Shown piece after piece: positions 19,739 through 28,433 of a DNA stretch of 40,062 bases. Location of the stretch: the IMG/VR virus record IMGVR_UViG_2671180458_000005. One strand, written 5' to 3'. The notes below the pieces were generated by a model. That model ran no database searches, was not told the origin of the DNA, and saw only the letters and a program-made list of their open reading frames with translations. The DNA comes from a virus. Lineage: Duplodnaviria; Heunggongvirae; Uroviricota; Caudoviricetes. Made by a program: the position numbers and the translations under genes. Within the stretch, counting starts at the first letter, position 1; every line of letters begins with the position of its first letter.

Positions 19739-20570
19739 CCGCGTTTTGTTATCCGGGGGTGAAGAATAATCTGGTAAATTGTCATGAAACAGGCAAATCT
19801 GAAATACGTAAAGAAGCGCTACACAGCAGGAGCGATGTGTTTCATGCTTTTTGTGTGGCTGGGTACGGTGGTAACGCTCTGTGCAGTGGCTGCCTTAATG
19901 ATGCAATAAAAAAGGGGAGCTGCACAGCTCCCCGACCAGAAGAAAGAAACTTGATTACAATAAGTGAGTTGTTAAGTCGTCAGAATAATGGCATACAAAA
20001 TATGTCATGACAGCGATACCGATCGCGTTTAGTAAAGTGGGGTTAGGTCGTATTTCGCTCGCGCACGGTTACATGCTTCATTAACCACACCATTGTTGCC
20101 GGACATAGGAAATTCCCTGCAGGTGGATGAGCGATTTTCATAAATGCTGTAGCAGGCATTGACTCTCGGTTGACCGCTCAGGACCACACAGCGAGGATTT
20201 TTCTGGTTAGTGCTCTGCATGCATCGATGGTACGGAGAAATCTGTTCTGTCAGTGTTACGGGGATGGTACCGCCAGCATCATCTGCTTCAGCTCAGTAAA
20301 AAGAGACGCGGAAAAATGCACAACAGGCACCACACATCACGCATGGATTAGGATTGTTCATAAATTCACTACGCAAGTATTAGTAATGATAATGGATAAC
20401 AGACAATATTTTATCAGAAAGAAAAAAGTAAGATGGTCAAAAATGCCCCAAAGAAAGCTTGGAATATTCTTCTTAAATTTCACGTGATTTATTGATTTTT
20501 CGTGTATGTTTTTAATACATTTATTCCAAGAAAAATTTATAACCTTTTGATTTTACGATTCGGTATTATC

Positions 20571-20631
20571 GGTCTCGAAAACCGGAGTGGGGGCAACTCC
20601 ACCGGGGGTTCAAATCCCCCTCTCTCCGCCA
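20571..20631 (+). other. 3-prime fragment of a tRNA-Ser (serU-like) gene = attP core
   Basis: GGTCTCGAAAACCGGAGTGGGGGCAACTCCACCGGGGGTTCAAATCCCCCTCTCTCCGCCA matches anticodon-arm-to-CCA portion of E. coli serU as recalled; 5-prime half absent; adjacent to int 3-prime end. Confidence 0.65.
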
Positions 20632-20683
20632 GAATTCAATCACTTACACATCATTAAGTCAATGATGAAAATCACACTTGGAA

Positions 20684-21709
20684 TTACTTGGAATATTTTG
20701 TTGGAATATTCTGGGGTAATGGTACATCCAGTGTGGGTGAGATCTTTACTTTTCTATCATAGATTAGCACCTGTCCTTCGGTCTTGTGACCAGAGAAAAG
20801 TTGCTTATCCCGGCTACTACCTTCGTAATCTGATATCCCCTTGGCTTTAAGGTCATGGAATGTAAAATCCGTCGCGATCCCTGATATTTGTCCAGCCAAA
20901 TTTCTTGCCTCAACCCACATTTCATTAAATCCTTTATACATGTAACGGTTGCCGTACTGATTGCTGATTACATAGGCTGACTTGGGTAGCTGTTTAGCTT
21001 TTTCTATAACTGATTGCAGACGGGGAGTCCAGGCTTTTATCTGTTTCTTTCCTGTTTTACCTTGCTGGATAAAGATCCCGTCGTTTCCGATCTGTTCCCA
21101 TTTCAGAGACAACACATCGGAAATCCTTGCTGCGCACAGGTATGCAATTTCCATTGCGATAAAAACAGGCACAGGAGCCACGCTTAATACGGCCTGGTAT
21201 TCTTTGTCAGTCACATAGCGCTCTCGGTTTTTGGCCTTGAATTTACTTACACCGGCACAAGGATTAGCCTTTACATACCCTCGTTCATACCCCCAACTGT
21301 AAACGCGTGACATGCTGCTTTTTTCATGGTTTGCCTGCGTTTTACTCTGCTCGCCCCTTTTGTCCATGTATCGTCTGATGTGCTCTGGTTTTACAGAATC
21401 GGCCAGCACCTTACCGAATACGGCCAGCAGTTTTTTTTGATGTTGCAGATAATCTTTTTGCGTTCTGGGACTAAGATCGCTGTAATAGGCGCTGGCGAGA
21501 AATTTTTCCCACAAACGCCCAAATGTCATTGCGTGATCATGATGGTTAACCGTTTCTTCATATTTTTTCCATAATGCGGCTAAACCATCCTTGATTGCAG
21601 TTAAGGTTACAGATTCTCTGGATGTTGGTTTCCATACATAACTATATTTATTGGGATATACCTTTGGCGGTAATTTTTCGTGTTCGGGATTTTTCCTTCG
21701 TCTTCCCAT
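20684..21709 (-). CDS. int: Tyrosine site-specific integrase
   Basis: 341 aa; position next to att core and upstream xis; Arg/His/Tyr-containing C-terminal region typical of phage integrases. Confidence 0.85.
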   Translation of the reverse strand: MGRRRKNPEHEKLPPKVYPNKYSYVWKPTSRESVTLTAIKDGLAALWKKYEETVNHHDHAMTFGRLWEKFLASAYYSDLSPRTQKDYLQHQKKLLAVFGKVLADSVKPEHIRRYMDKRGEQSKTQANHEKSSMSRVYSWGYERGYVKANPCAGVSKFKAKNRERYVTDKEYQAVLSVAPVPVFIAMEIAYLCAARISDVLSLKWEQIGNDGIFIQQGKTGKKQIKAWTPRLQSVIEKAKQLPKSAYVISNQYGNRYMYKGFNEMWVEARNLAGQISGIATDFTFHDLKAKGISDYEGSSRDKQLFSGHKTEGQVLIYDRKVKISPTLDVPLPQNIPTKYSK

Positions 21710-21912
21710 TAGATCGCACCGAAATCAGGTTCAGCCTCACGTGGTGGTAAAGTGTTTCTACAGGTAAACAGTTCCCGACTGACGATCGGTTTTCCACTAC
21801 GATTGGTATAGAACGGAAGCCCATTTTTTATTAACCAGTTGCGCTGGTGGCTTGCATATTTGCAGCCCGTTAATATTAGCAATTCATCTTCGGTTAAAAA
21901 TAAGCTGCTCAT
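21709..21912 (-). CDS. xis: Excisionase-like small DNA-binding protein
   Basis: 67 aa; 1-nt overlap with int start; position. Confidence 0.55.
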   Translation of the reverse strand: MSSLFLTEDELLILTGCKYASHQRNWLIKNGLPFYTNRSGKPIVSRELFTCRNTLPPREAEPDFGAI

Positions 21913-21970
21913 AGCTATATCTCATAACCGCCGCTAACTATATGCGGTTAGCGGCGATCAGGGTTGAACA

Positions 21971-24415
21971 TTAAAAATCAGCCTGATTTGGGAACAGTTT
22001 TTGCCAGATAGCTGAAACGTATTTTGCCTGGTAACGCGCATCGTGCAGGGCATTATGGCGTTCACCCTCAAATGTGGTGACGTTGCGGGCATCGAAATCC
22101 ATCACCAACCCCAGAGCGACCATCGTTCTTACATCGCGATCATTGGTGTAACGCCACGGGCAGGGGATCTCCTGCCGTTCATATGAACGGCGTAAAATCA
22201 CGTTGTCGAAGTTGGCTCCATTTCCCCAGACCTGAACAAAAAACTCACCGGAGTTTTCGTCTATAAATTCCCGTAATTGTAAAAGCGCATCATCAAGCGG
22301 TATTCGATCAGCTAAAATGGCGGCACGGGCTTCGCCAGAGCGTTGAAGCCACCATTCGATGGTGCTTATGTCTACAGTGCCGCCACATGTACCCATATCA
22401 ATTATTTTGCTGAATTCAGGCCCCTGCTCTCCGGTTTGTGGATCGAAAAATACAGCGCCTATTGAGGCTATTGGTGCGTCAGGATTTTTGCCCATTGTTT
22501 CAAGGTCAATCATCAGATGGTGCCACAACCTGCTGGTGGATGTGATTTCACGATGACCGTTCACCTTAATTAAGAGATTTGCTGTCTCGCCTGTTTCATT
22601 ATTGCCATTGGCATGTTGATCGCCTTCGGTGCACTCCTTGTTCGGGAGTCCGGCACTTTCCATTTCCTCCGGATCTTTTTCCCGGGCTTCATCCTGGCTT
22701 TCTTCGTTGAATGTCTCCTGGTATGTTGCGTCGCCCATCACCGCGCCACAGTCAGGACAGTTGCCGCCGCCGGTCTGACCGCAGGCTGTGCAGACTTTTT
22801 CCGGTTCCTGTTGCGCTACTGGTTCAGGCTGTTTCGTTTCTGGCTCGTTTTGTTGCGCATTTGGACTGTGTTGTTCCGCTTTATGGCCTTTCTGTTCCGT
22901 TTCTTGCTGGTTATGGTTCACAGAATCGCGGGTTTCAATCCCCTTCACCCATTTTGGATCATTCGGGTCGCTAATCCCTTCAACAAATTCTCCGTGAGAA
23001 GCAGCCAGTAATTTATCTGCATCGACAGGATTTTTGGGTGGAATGTTTTTCCTGGCTTCATAGAGTTCTGCACGCAGTTTCTGATATTTCGCATCAACAG
23101 AATTTATCTGTGGCTGAGCATTCATCGACTGCGTGTCCTGATTATGTTCAGTTGTATCCGGTTCCACTGCTTCAGTCGTTGCCTGTTCATCTGCCATTGC
23201 GCCAGATGGCTGCGGTTTTTCTTCATCATCCTGTTTTCCTTCTTTTGTTACACGCTGCGGCATTGGAGCAGAGGAGCGACCGCAGGCAATATCCACGATT
23301 TCTGGATCAGGGTTGGCATGGTCGGTTTCGGTCAGTACTTTGTTCAGATATTCGGTAACACGGTGGGGAGTAGCCTCGATACCAATTGGTGCTTCTTTCA
23401 CGGACGCAACCACTATCGCGCGGGAATAATCCAGGTGACCAGGCATGGCGATGAATTTGTCACGAAAAACAGAAAAGGGCGGCTTATTCTCTGAAACGAT
23501 TTCTTCAATGCGTTTGGCGTGTGCCGGATGTGGATTGTAAATATCGATGTCCATTGAACGGGCCAGAACGCCAGCGGCAACGTCACGTTCCACTGACGCA
23601 TCATCGTGGACAAAACCTTCACCGCGATCGGTAAGAATTCCTCCGCCAGCATTAGCGCCGGATGGCGTGCGGCTGATGCGTAAAGCACGATTTCCTTTCA
23701 TCCACTCTTTTGTCAGCAGACCTCGATCGGTATAGTCAGCGTCCAGGTATGCTTCGAAAAAAGCAGTCATTAACCCCAGACTGGAATTAACGGGATTAGG
23801 GAAAACTTTGTCTGTGTCGCGTACCAGTTTGTGAAGGTCGCGAATCTCCAGCGGGTCGAGCAGCTTTGTGTTGTGGGAAATAGCCAGGGCAGTAACAGCA
23901 GGCAGTTCTTCAGCTCGTGCGATATGTAATGCCTGAAGTTCTTCCCGTGAAACGTGCGTTACCGGTTTTTCGCTGCCATGTTGCGCAAGCCAGCGAATGG
24001 GCAGTTCCTGACCGGAAATCGGCAGGAGCATATTATCCTCAATCTCAGCCATGTCTTCGCCATTGACGTTGGTATTGTCAGTGCTGGCTGGTTTGTCCTG
24101 AACTGAGGGGGAAGGCGCTATAAATATCATTGTGATGCCATCTTCTCCGCCTTTTTCATAGCGGTTGCAGAATTCGGTATCAAACACACCTTCAGGCGGC
24201 AGGTCATTAACAATGGGCAAATTCACGCGAACAGGTTTTTTGAAATCCTCTTCGTCAAATCCAGCATCGTCCATTGCGACAACACCCCGTGATATTGCAA
24301 CCGATAATTTTTTTGCTGTGCGCCAGTAAAAACCGCCTTTAATCCCAAGGCGTTTTCTGACTTTGTCATTTTTGGCTTCGTAATACAGTGCAATTTCTTC
24401 TTTATCAGTGCTCAT
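21971..24415 (-). CDS. Large exonuclease with C-terminal DnaQ-like DEDDh 3-5 exonuclease domain and central zinc-ribbon motif
   Basis: 814 aa; C-terminus has MIDLETMG (Exo I-like) and [15 protein letters not shown] (Exo III-like) motifs; [16 protein letters not shown] Cys4 motif; acidic linker; N-terminal part resembles prophage proteins annotated exodeoxyribonuclease VIII (recalled). Confidence 0.7.
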   Translation of the reverse strand: MSTDKEEIALYYEAKNDKVRKRLGIKGGFYWRTAKKLSVAISRGVVAMDDAGFDEEDFKKPVRVNLPIVNDLPPEGVFDTEFCNRYEKGGEDGITMIFIAPSPSVQDKPASTDNTNVNGEDMAEIEDNMLLPISGQELPIRWLAQHGSEKPVTHVSREELQALHIARAEELPAVTALAISHNTKLLDPLEIRDLHKLVRDTDKVFPNPVNSSLGLMTAFFEAYLDADYTDRGLLTKEWMKGNRALRISRTPSGANAGGGILTDRGEGFVHDDASVERDVAAGVLARSMDIDIYNPHPAHAKRIEEIVSENKPPFSVFRDKFIAMPGHLDYSRAIVVASVKEAPIGIEATPHRVTEYLNKVLTETDHANPDPEIVDIACGRSSAPMPQRVTKEGKQDDEEKPQPSGAMADEQATTEAVEPDTTEHNQDTQSMNAQPQINSVDAKYQKLRAELYEARKNIPPKNPVDADKLLAASHGEFVEGISDPNDPKWVKGIETRDSVNHNQQETEQKGHKAEQHSPNAQQNEPETKQPEPVAQQEPEKVCTACGQTGGGNCPDCGAVMGDATYQETFNEESQDEAREKDPEEMESAGLPNKECTEGDQHANGNNETGETANLLIKVNGHREITSTSRLWHHLMIDLETMGKNPDAPIASIGAVFFDPQTGEQGPEFSKIIDMGTCGGTVDISTIEWWLQRSGEARAAILADRIPLDDALLQLREFIDENSGEFFVQVWGNGANFDNVILRRSYERQEIPCPWRYTNDRDVRTMVALGLVMDFDARNVTTFEGERHNALHDARYQAKYVSAIWQKLFPNQADF

Positions 24416-24507
24416 TGATAAACCTCATAACTATTTTAAGGTTGTACGAATCCCTGCCATTGCTGGCATACTTAATCAACGGGTATGGCGTTAATATGGC
24501 TGGCGGG

Positions 24508-24696
24508 TTATCCAGCCGGTATTTCGTTATTCAGGTACAGCGATACTTTGTTTAACGGGAGACATTCACCGGAAATTTTTTGCTCGTCTCTTGCCTGATG
24601 GCAGGATTCTTTACTGGCATAAATTCCGGTAATCACATTCTGTGGCTCACCCGTTATAAGAAAAACAGTCATTACCAGTGCAAATGCAGAAGTCAC
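24508..24696 (-). CDS. Small membrane protein, YdfD-like
   Basis: 62 aa with N-terminal hydrophobic helix; ATGA overlap with DicB-like gene upstream; synteny with dicB-ydfD of Qin prophage (recalled). Confidence 0.5.
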   Translation of the reverse strand: MTSAFALVMTVFLITGEPQNVITGIYASKESCHQARDEQKISGECLPLNKVSLYLNNEIPAG

Positions 24697-24881
24697 TGCT
24701 GCCCCCCGAAAATACCAAGTTTAAGAAGGGCAATTCTGGAGAGTATGGAATTATCATTGAGAAGATAAGGCTCATATTTTCTCATCTTAATGGCATCTTC
24801 AGTAAACTCCCGGTTACTGAGCAGAACACCAATATCAAAACACCCTTCAGACGTATTAACGTTTGGTAATAACGTTTCCAT
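24693..24881 (-). CDS. dicB: Cell division inhibitor DicB homologue
   Basis: 62 aa METLLPNVNTSEGCFDIGV...FTEDAI... closely resembles E. coli DicB N-terminus and length as recalled; dicF-like RNA upstream. Confidence 0.65.
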   Translation of the reverse strand: METLLPNVNTSEGCFDIGVLLSNREFTEDAIKMRKYEPYLLNDNSILSRIALLKLGIFGGQQ

Positions 24882-24891
24882 TATCGCGTCC

Positions 24892-25449
24892 TCAACAATG
24901 AATTTTTAGTAATTGCTCCACAGTCATATTTTTAATTGCGCTCCGGTTTACAAGAGTCCAGCCTTGTTTCTCCAGATAAAACTGGAAGGTATCCAGGGTG
25001 CAGACCATTGCGCCGTCCGGAACGGTTTCAGTGAATTTGATATTGCCGTGTTCGTCGAGACGGATAACCAGGGTACGTCCGTCCCCGTGAATCATTTTGT
25101 CGGGAGACGGGGCGTTATTCTGGCGCAGTTCTTTCTCCATGCGATCGAACTCAGCGATGTAGGCTTCTTTAAATGCAGCGGCTTTTTTGCCGGTGAAGCC
25201 CATCACCAGGAAAACGAAGCCGTTTTTGGTGATTTGGTACATTGGGAGTTTGCGACTGGTTGAGTCGGTATATTCGCTCGACACAAAATTGTGCTCAGTG
25301 AATTTTGCTGAACAGTCCAGATTGCGAATTTTATCCAACACTCGTTCGTGGCGTTTACCAAAGAACTCAGCGATCGCAATAGACGTAGTGACAGCGCGTC
25401 CATTTTCGATGGTTACGTCAGGGTGAGAAAGGGCAGGGATAGTAGCCAT
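24892..25449 (-). CDS. Rha-family phage regulatory protein
   Basis: Motifs FFGKRHERVLDKIRNL and PMYQITKNGFVFLVMGFTGKKAAAFKEAYIAEFDRME fit Rha family; start set at internal ATG 25449 (GAGG upstream); the longer ORF to 25746 crosses a hairpin plus T-run, so the true start is uncertain. Confidence 0.6.
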   Translation of the reverse strand: MATIPALSHPDVTIENGRAVTTSIAIAEFFGKRHERVLDKIRNLDCSAKFTEHNFVSSEYTDSTSRKLPMYQITKNGFVFLVMGFTGKKAAAFKEAYIAEFDRMEKELRQNNAPSPDKMIHGDGRTLVIRLDEHGNIKFTETVPDGAMVCTLDTFQFYLEKQGWTLVNRSAIKNMTVEQLLKIHC

Positions 25450-25929
25450 GATGGCAGCCTCGATAGTCAGTTTAAATAACTCACCACCAAGGCTTTCCAC
25501 GACCATAAGGGTGGTGAGACGTACAGGGGTGGAAATACCGGTGACTACCGAAACCGGCCAGCCTTTCGGCTGCCCTGCACGCCCCACCATAATCTGAATG
25601 TGGCTGTGCATTACGCATAAAAAAACCGCCTGAGCGCGGTTATGCGCAGTAGTCATCATCGGGTTTCCACGCCCGGCACCCGCTTTATGAGGTGCAGGTG
25701 CACTATAATTCCACCCATTCTGGTTTTCAATAGCTACATTCAACATTTTCTCTTACCCTTCATCACCGAAGTGAACTTTGTTGATGCAGTGCCTGGTGCC
25801 TCCAGGTGACGTTAACCAGTTAACAATTAACGCCGGATTGTTAGTTGATGTCTGTTACGCCAGTAAAAGACCGCTTGTTTTAACTGTTCCGCGTGCGCTT
25901 AGCCGCATTCACCGCATCACAAAATTCAC

Positions 25930-25992
25930 TTTAAAAAGGGTGGCAGAGCAGTCACGGAGTAGAACTGATGCCACCAAAGACTACACATGGGT
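25930..25992 (-). ncRNA. dicF: DicF-like small RNA
   Basis: Minus strand reads ...UCAGUUCUACUCCGUGACUGCUCUGCCACCCUUUUU, near-identical to the 3-prime two-thirds of E. coli DicF as recalled, including terminator hairpin and U-run; downstream flank also matches; 5-prime end less conserved and not mapped. Confidence 0.65.
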
Positions 25993-26241
25993 ATTGTGGC
26001 GGGGCTGTCACTTAATCGTATGGTCAACCTGACAACCCGGTGCATTTTCTGGAGCAATGGAGGAAACCCCAGCCATACTTACCGCCGCGCCATTTCGCGG
26101 ATTGCCACAACCGGAAGCGCACGTTCGAAGAAATCTAACGACAAGCCTTCTAAGGGAAAGAGCTTCGCCGTGCGCTTTCGTGTTATACCCTGACTTTTCA
26201 GGGTAAATTAACCAGTGGCAACCTGTTTTTACTGGTGCTAA

Positions 26242-26394
26242 TCAGTTAGTGTTTCTGGCTAACCAGCGACGCGCGCCAGCTTCGGTTTTAAACTTTTTAC
26301 TTTTGGTATACGTCATCGCGGTAAACGTGCCGTCCTGGTTAGGGAACACACCGCATACCAGAGATTCGTTGTTGCCAAGATTGAGCGTATCCAT
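26242..26394 (-). CDS. Hypothetical small protein, first ORF downstream of the leftward promoter
   Basis: 50 aa MDTLNLGNNESLVCGVFPNQDGTFTAMTYTKSKKFKTEAGARRWLARNTN; not in ORF track; no family recognised. Confidence 0.4.
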   Translation of the reverse strand: MDTLNLGNNESLVCGVFPNQDGTFTAMTYTKSKKFKTEAGARRWLARNTN

Positions 26395-26577
26395 GTTGAC
26401 CTCATTTACCCTTAACGCCGGGTCGCGGAACTAAAAACCTGCTGCGCTGTTATACAAAGTGTTCCCGCCGTCATGTTCATACGCCTCGGGCTGGCTACTT
26501 AACCCCTTGCCACTGCCGGGTAACTCGAAGTATTGCCTGGCGTTCTGTGGGGCGGAGTGGGTTGGTGAGTGCAATCT

Positions 26578-26616
26578 ACAATTAAAAACTGTTTTGTGTC
26601 AACAGTTTTTAATTGT
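26578..26616. promoter_or_regulatory. Operator palindrome (OL-like) containing a leftward promoter
   Basis: ACAATTAAAAACTGTT-TTGTGTC-AACAGTTTTTAATTGT; on minus strand a perfect TTGACA -35 sits in the centre with TAGATT about 18 nt downstream; near-identical palindrome at 27612..27650. Confidence 0.65.
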
Positions 26617-26625
26617 GCATTTAAG

Positions 26626-26649
26626 CAAAAAAATCCCTCGAAAGAGGGA
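26626..26649 (-). terminator. Rho-independent terminator after parE-like gene (minus strand)
   Basis: Minus strand TCCCTC-TTTC-GAGGGA followed by TTTTTTT. Confidence 0.65.
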
Positions 26650-26667
26650 GTATGAAAATAGTTCAGC

Positions 26668-26955
26668 TCAGATAGAGAAGGGAAATTGTCGGCGAGCATG
26701 TGTCACGCTTACAATCTCAATGCTTGAAGCAGCTACTCTGTACAGGATTATGTAGTTAGGGTGGGTCACTATCTCTCTCAACCCAGAAACCCGTTCGCTT
26801 GGTGGATATAGGTACGGATGCTCAGATAGAGGTAATACCGATGTTTCAATACGTATTTTAAGTCTACGCGCTGCCGGTGGGTTCTCCTTGGCGATGTAAG
26901 TTATGATCTGACGCAAATCATCGCGAGCAGATGGTAGCCATAAAATGGGCAACAT
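26668..26955 (-). CDS. ParE/RelE-family type II toxin
   Basis: 95 aa; start codon overlaps antitoxin stop by 1 nt; sequence pattern typical of ParE toxins (recalled). Confidence 0.7.
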   Translation of the reverse strand: MLPILWLPSARDDLRQIITYIAKENPPAARRLKIRIETSVLPLSEHPYLYPPSERVSGLREIVTHPNYIILYRVAASSIEIVSVTHARRQFPFSI

Positions 26956-27146
26956 TACTCGCTCCTGTTAGTTACAGCAATTTGAGCAATAAGATTTTCC
27001 ATTTCAGCTATTACCTCGTCATGTGGAATTGCAGGGCGAGGGTCTGCAAGGCTTGACGCTACTTTAGCGCGCAACCATTCGTTGTAACTGTTTTCTTGTT
27101 CGATAGTTTCGAATTCTGAAACTATCGGAGAAAGGGCTGTACTCAT
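26955..27146 (-). CDS. Small antitoxin, PaaA2-like
   Basis: 63 aa MSTALSPIVSEFETIEQENSYNEWLRAKVASSLADPRPAIPHDEV...; size and sequence resemble PaaA2 of the E. coli O157 paaR2-paaA2-parE2 module as recalled; translationally coupled to toxin. Confidence 0.6.
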   Translation of the reverse strand: MSTALSPIVSEFETIEQENSYNEWLRAKVASSLADPRPAIPHDEVIAEMENLIAQIAVTNRSE

Positions 27147-27173
27147 GGCATAACTCCTCTTCTTGTACTGTGG

Positions 27174-27575
27174 TCACGCCCGGCGGCTTTTTTGTGCCGC
27201 CAGCCACCGGGCAATGGTTTCTTCCATTGATTTTTTTTTGTCTTTGATTTCTTGAAGCATTTTTTCTTGGTCCTCCTCAGGGAACGCACTAAAAGCCTGG
27301 AGTAATTCGCGTTGGCGAGGACCAATTTTCATCGTGTTAGGGGTGAACATTTGCTCCCCCTCTTCAGGAGGCAATAAAAACCAATGCAACGGATGCCCTG
27401 TAACCTCAACCAGTTTATCCAAACTTGAGGCTTTAGGTGTAGCCTTACCGCTGACCCATTGTTGAACAGTTTGTTGTGTCACACCAATTCTACGGGCCAG
27501 CTCAGCCTGGCTCCATCCAGTTTCCTGAAGAAGCTTGCTGATTCTGTACATCGATACTTCTAGGGCGCTCATCAT
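27174..27575 (-). CDS. XRE-family HTH repressor (prophage repressor / PaaR-like regulator)
   Basis: HTH segment WSQAELARRIGVTQQTVQQWVSGK; divergent from cro-like gene across an operator palindrome; no LexA-type autocleavage motifs seen; start (MMSALE or MYRIS) uncertain, no SD. Confidence 0.7.
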   Translation of the reverse strand: MMSALEVSMYRISKLLQETGWSQAELARRIGVTQQTVQQWVSGKATPKASSLDKLVEVTGHPLHWFLLPPEEGEQMFTPNTMKIGPRQRELLQAFSAFPEEDQEKMLQEIKDKKKSMEETIARWLAAQKSRRA

Positions 27576-27611
27576 TATTCAATTTTACAGGTAAATACTG
27601 TTAAAAGCATC

Positions 27612-27650
27612 ACAATAAAAAACTGTTGATCGCGTACAGTTTTTTATTGT
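27612..27650. promoter_or_regulatory. Operator palindrome (OR-like) between divergent repressor and cro-like genes
   Basis: ACAATAAAAAACTGT-TGATCGCGT-ACAGTTTTTTATTGT, perfect 15-bp inverted repeat arms. Confidence 0.7.
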
Positions 27651-27683
27651 AGCCTTTGCCTATAGTTTTTAGAGGAGGGCAAA

Positions 27684-27956
27684 ATGCTAGATAGCACTCG
27701 CAAAAAAATTAGGCAGAAATACACTCAGGCTGAAATAGGTCGTTATATGGGGGGCGCTCAACAGACAGTTTGGCAATGGTTTAGCTTTGGCGTTCCCCCA
27801 AAGCAGGTAATTCCGCTATGTCAGCTAATGAAGTGGGAGGTTACCCCGCATGAAATTCGCCCAGACATTTACCCTAATCCGACCGACGGCTTACCTGTCG
27901 AGTATCAGGCTAACACACAACCAGAGGCGGGGGTGATTCATGAAAATCAAGCATGA
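27684..27956 (+). CDS. Cro-like HTH protein, YdaS family
   Basis: 90 aa; GAGGAGGG RBS; HTH with QQTVWQWF; RPDI motif as in Rac YdaS (recalled). Confidence 0.6.
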   Translation: MLDSTRKKIRQKYTQAEIGRYMGGAQQTVWQWFSFGVPPKQVIPLCQLMKWEVTPHEIRPDIYPNPTDGLPVEYQANTQPEAGVIHENQA

Positions 27957-28365
27957 ACACATCCGCATGGCAATGAATGCCTGGGCGTATCCAGACGGTG
28001 AGAAAGTTCCAGCAGCTGAAATAGCCCGGACTTATTTCGAGCTGGGGATGACGTTCCCGGAACTGTACGACGACAGCCATCCGGAAGCCCTGGCTCGTAA
28101 TACCCAGAAAATTTTCCGCTGGGTGGAGAAGGACACGTCTGATGCTGTTGAAAAAATTCAGGCGCTGTTACCGGCGATCGAAAAGGCGATGCCGCCTTTG
28201 CTGGTGGCCCGTATGCGCAGTCACAGTTCTGAATATTACCGGGAGATCGTCGAACGACGGGATCGGCTGGTGAAAGATGTGGATGATTTTGTCGCTGTAG
28301 CGATCGCCTGGGGCACCCTGACTAACAGTGGTGGTCAGCCTGGTAATGCAGTTGTTGTGCATTGA
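27940..28365 (+). CDS. YdaT-family protein
   Basis: 141 aa beginning MKIKHEHI and ending ...VVVH, resembling Rac YdaT termini as recalled; overlaps ydaS-like gene. Confidence 0.6.
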   Translation: MKIKHEHIRMAMNAWAYPDGEKVPAAEIARTYFELGMTFPELYDDSHPEALARNTQKIFRWVEKDTSDAVEKIQALLPAIEKAMPPLLVARMRSHSSEYYREIVERRDRLVKDVDDFVAVAIAWGTLTNSGGQPGNAVVVH

Positions 28366-28433
28366 CCAACAATATTTATACCGGATTTCTTCCGGAAGTT
28401 CGTGGGTAAAGTTCGGTATCAGAAGAGGTGAGT

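Noticed and set aside
22613-23358. Plus-strand ORFs of 87-132 aa
   Set aside because: Inside the 814-aa exonuclease gene on the opposite strand; Phe/Leu/Cys-rich composition looks like antisense artefact.
25450-25746. N-terminal 99-aa extension of the Rha-family ORF
   Set aside because: Extension crosses a hairpin plus T-run (about 25616..25640, minus strand) and has no Rha-like sequence; kept only as an uncertain alternative start.
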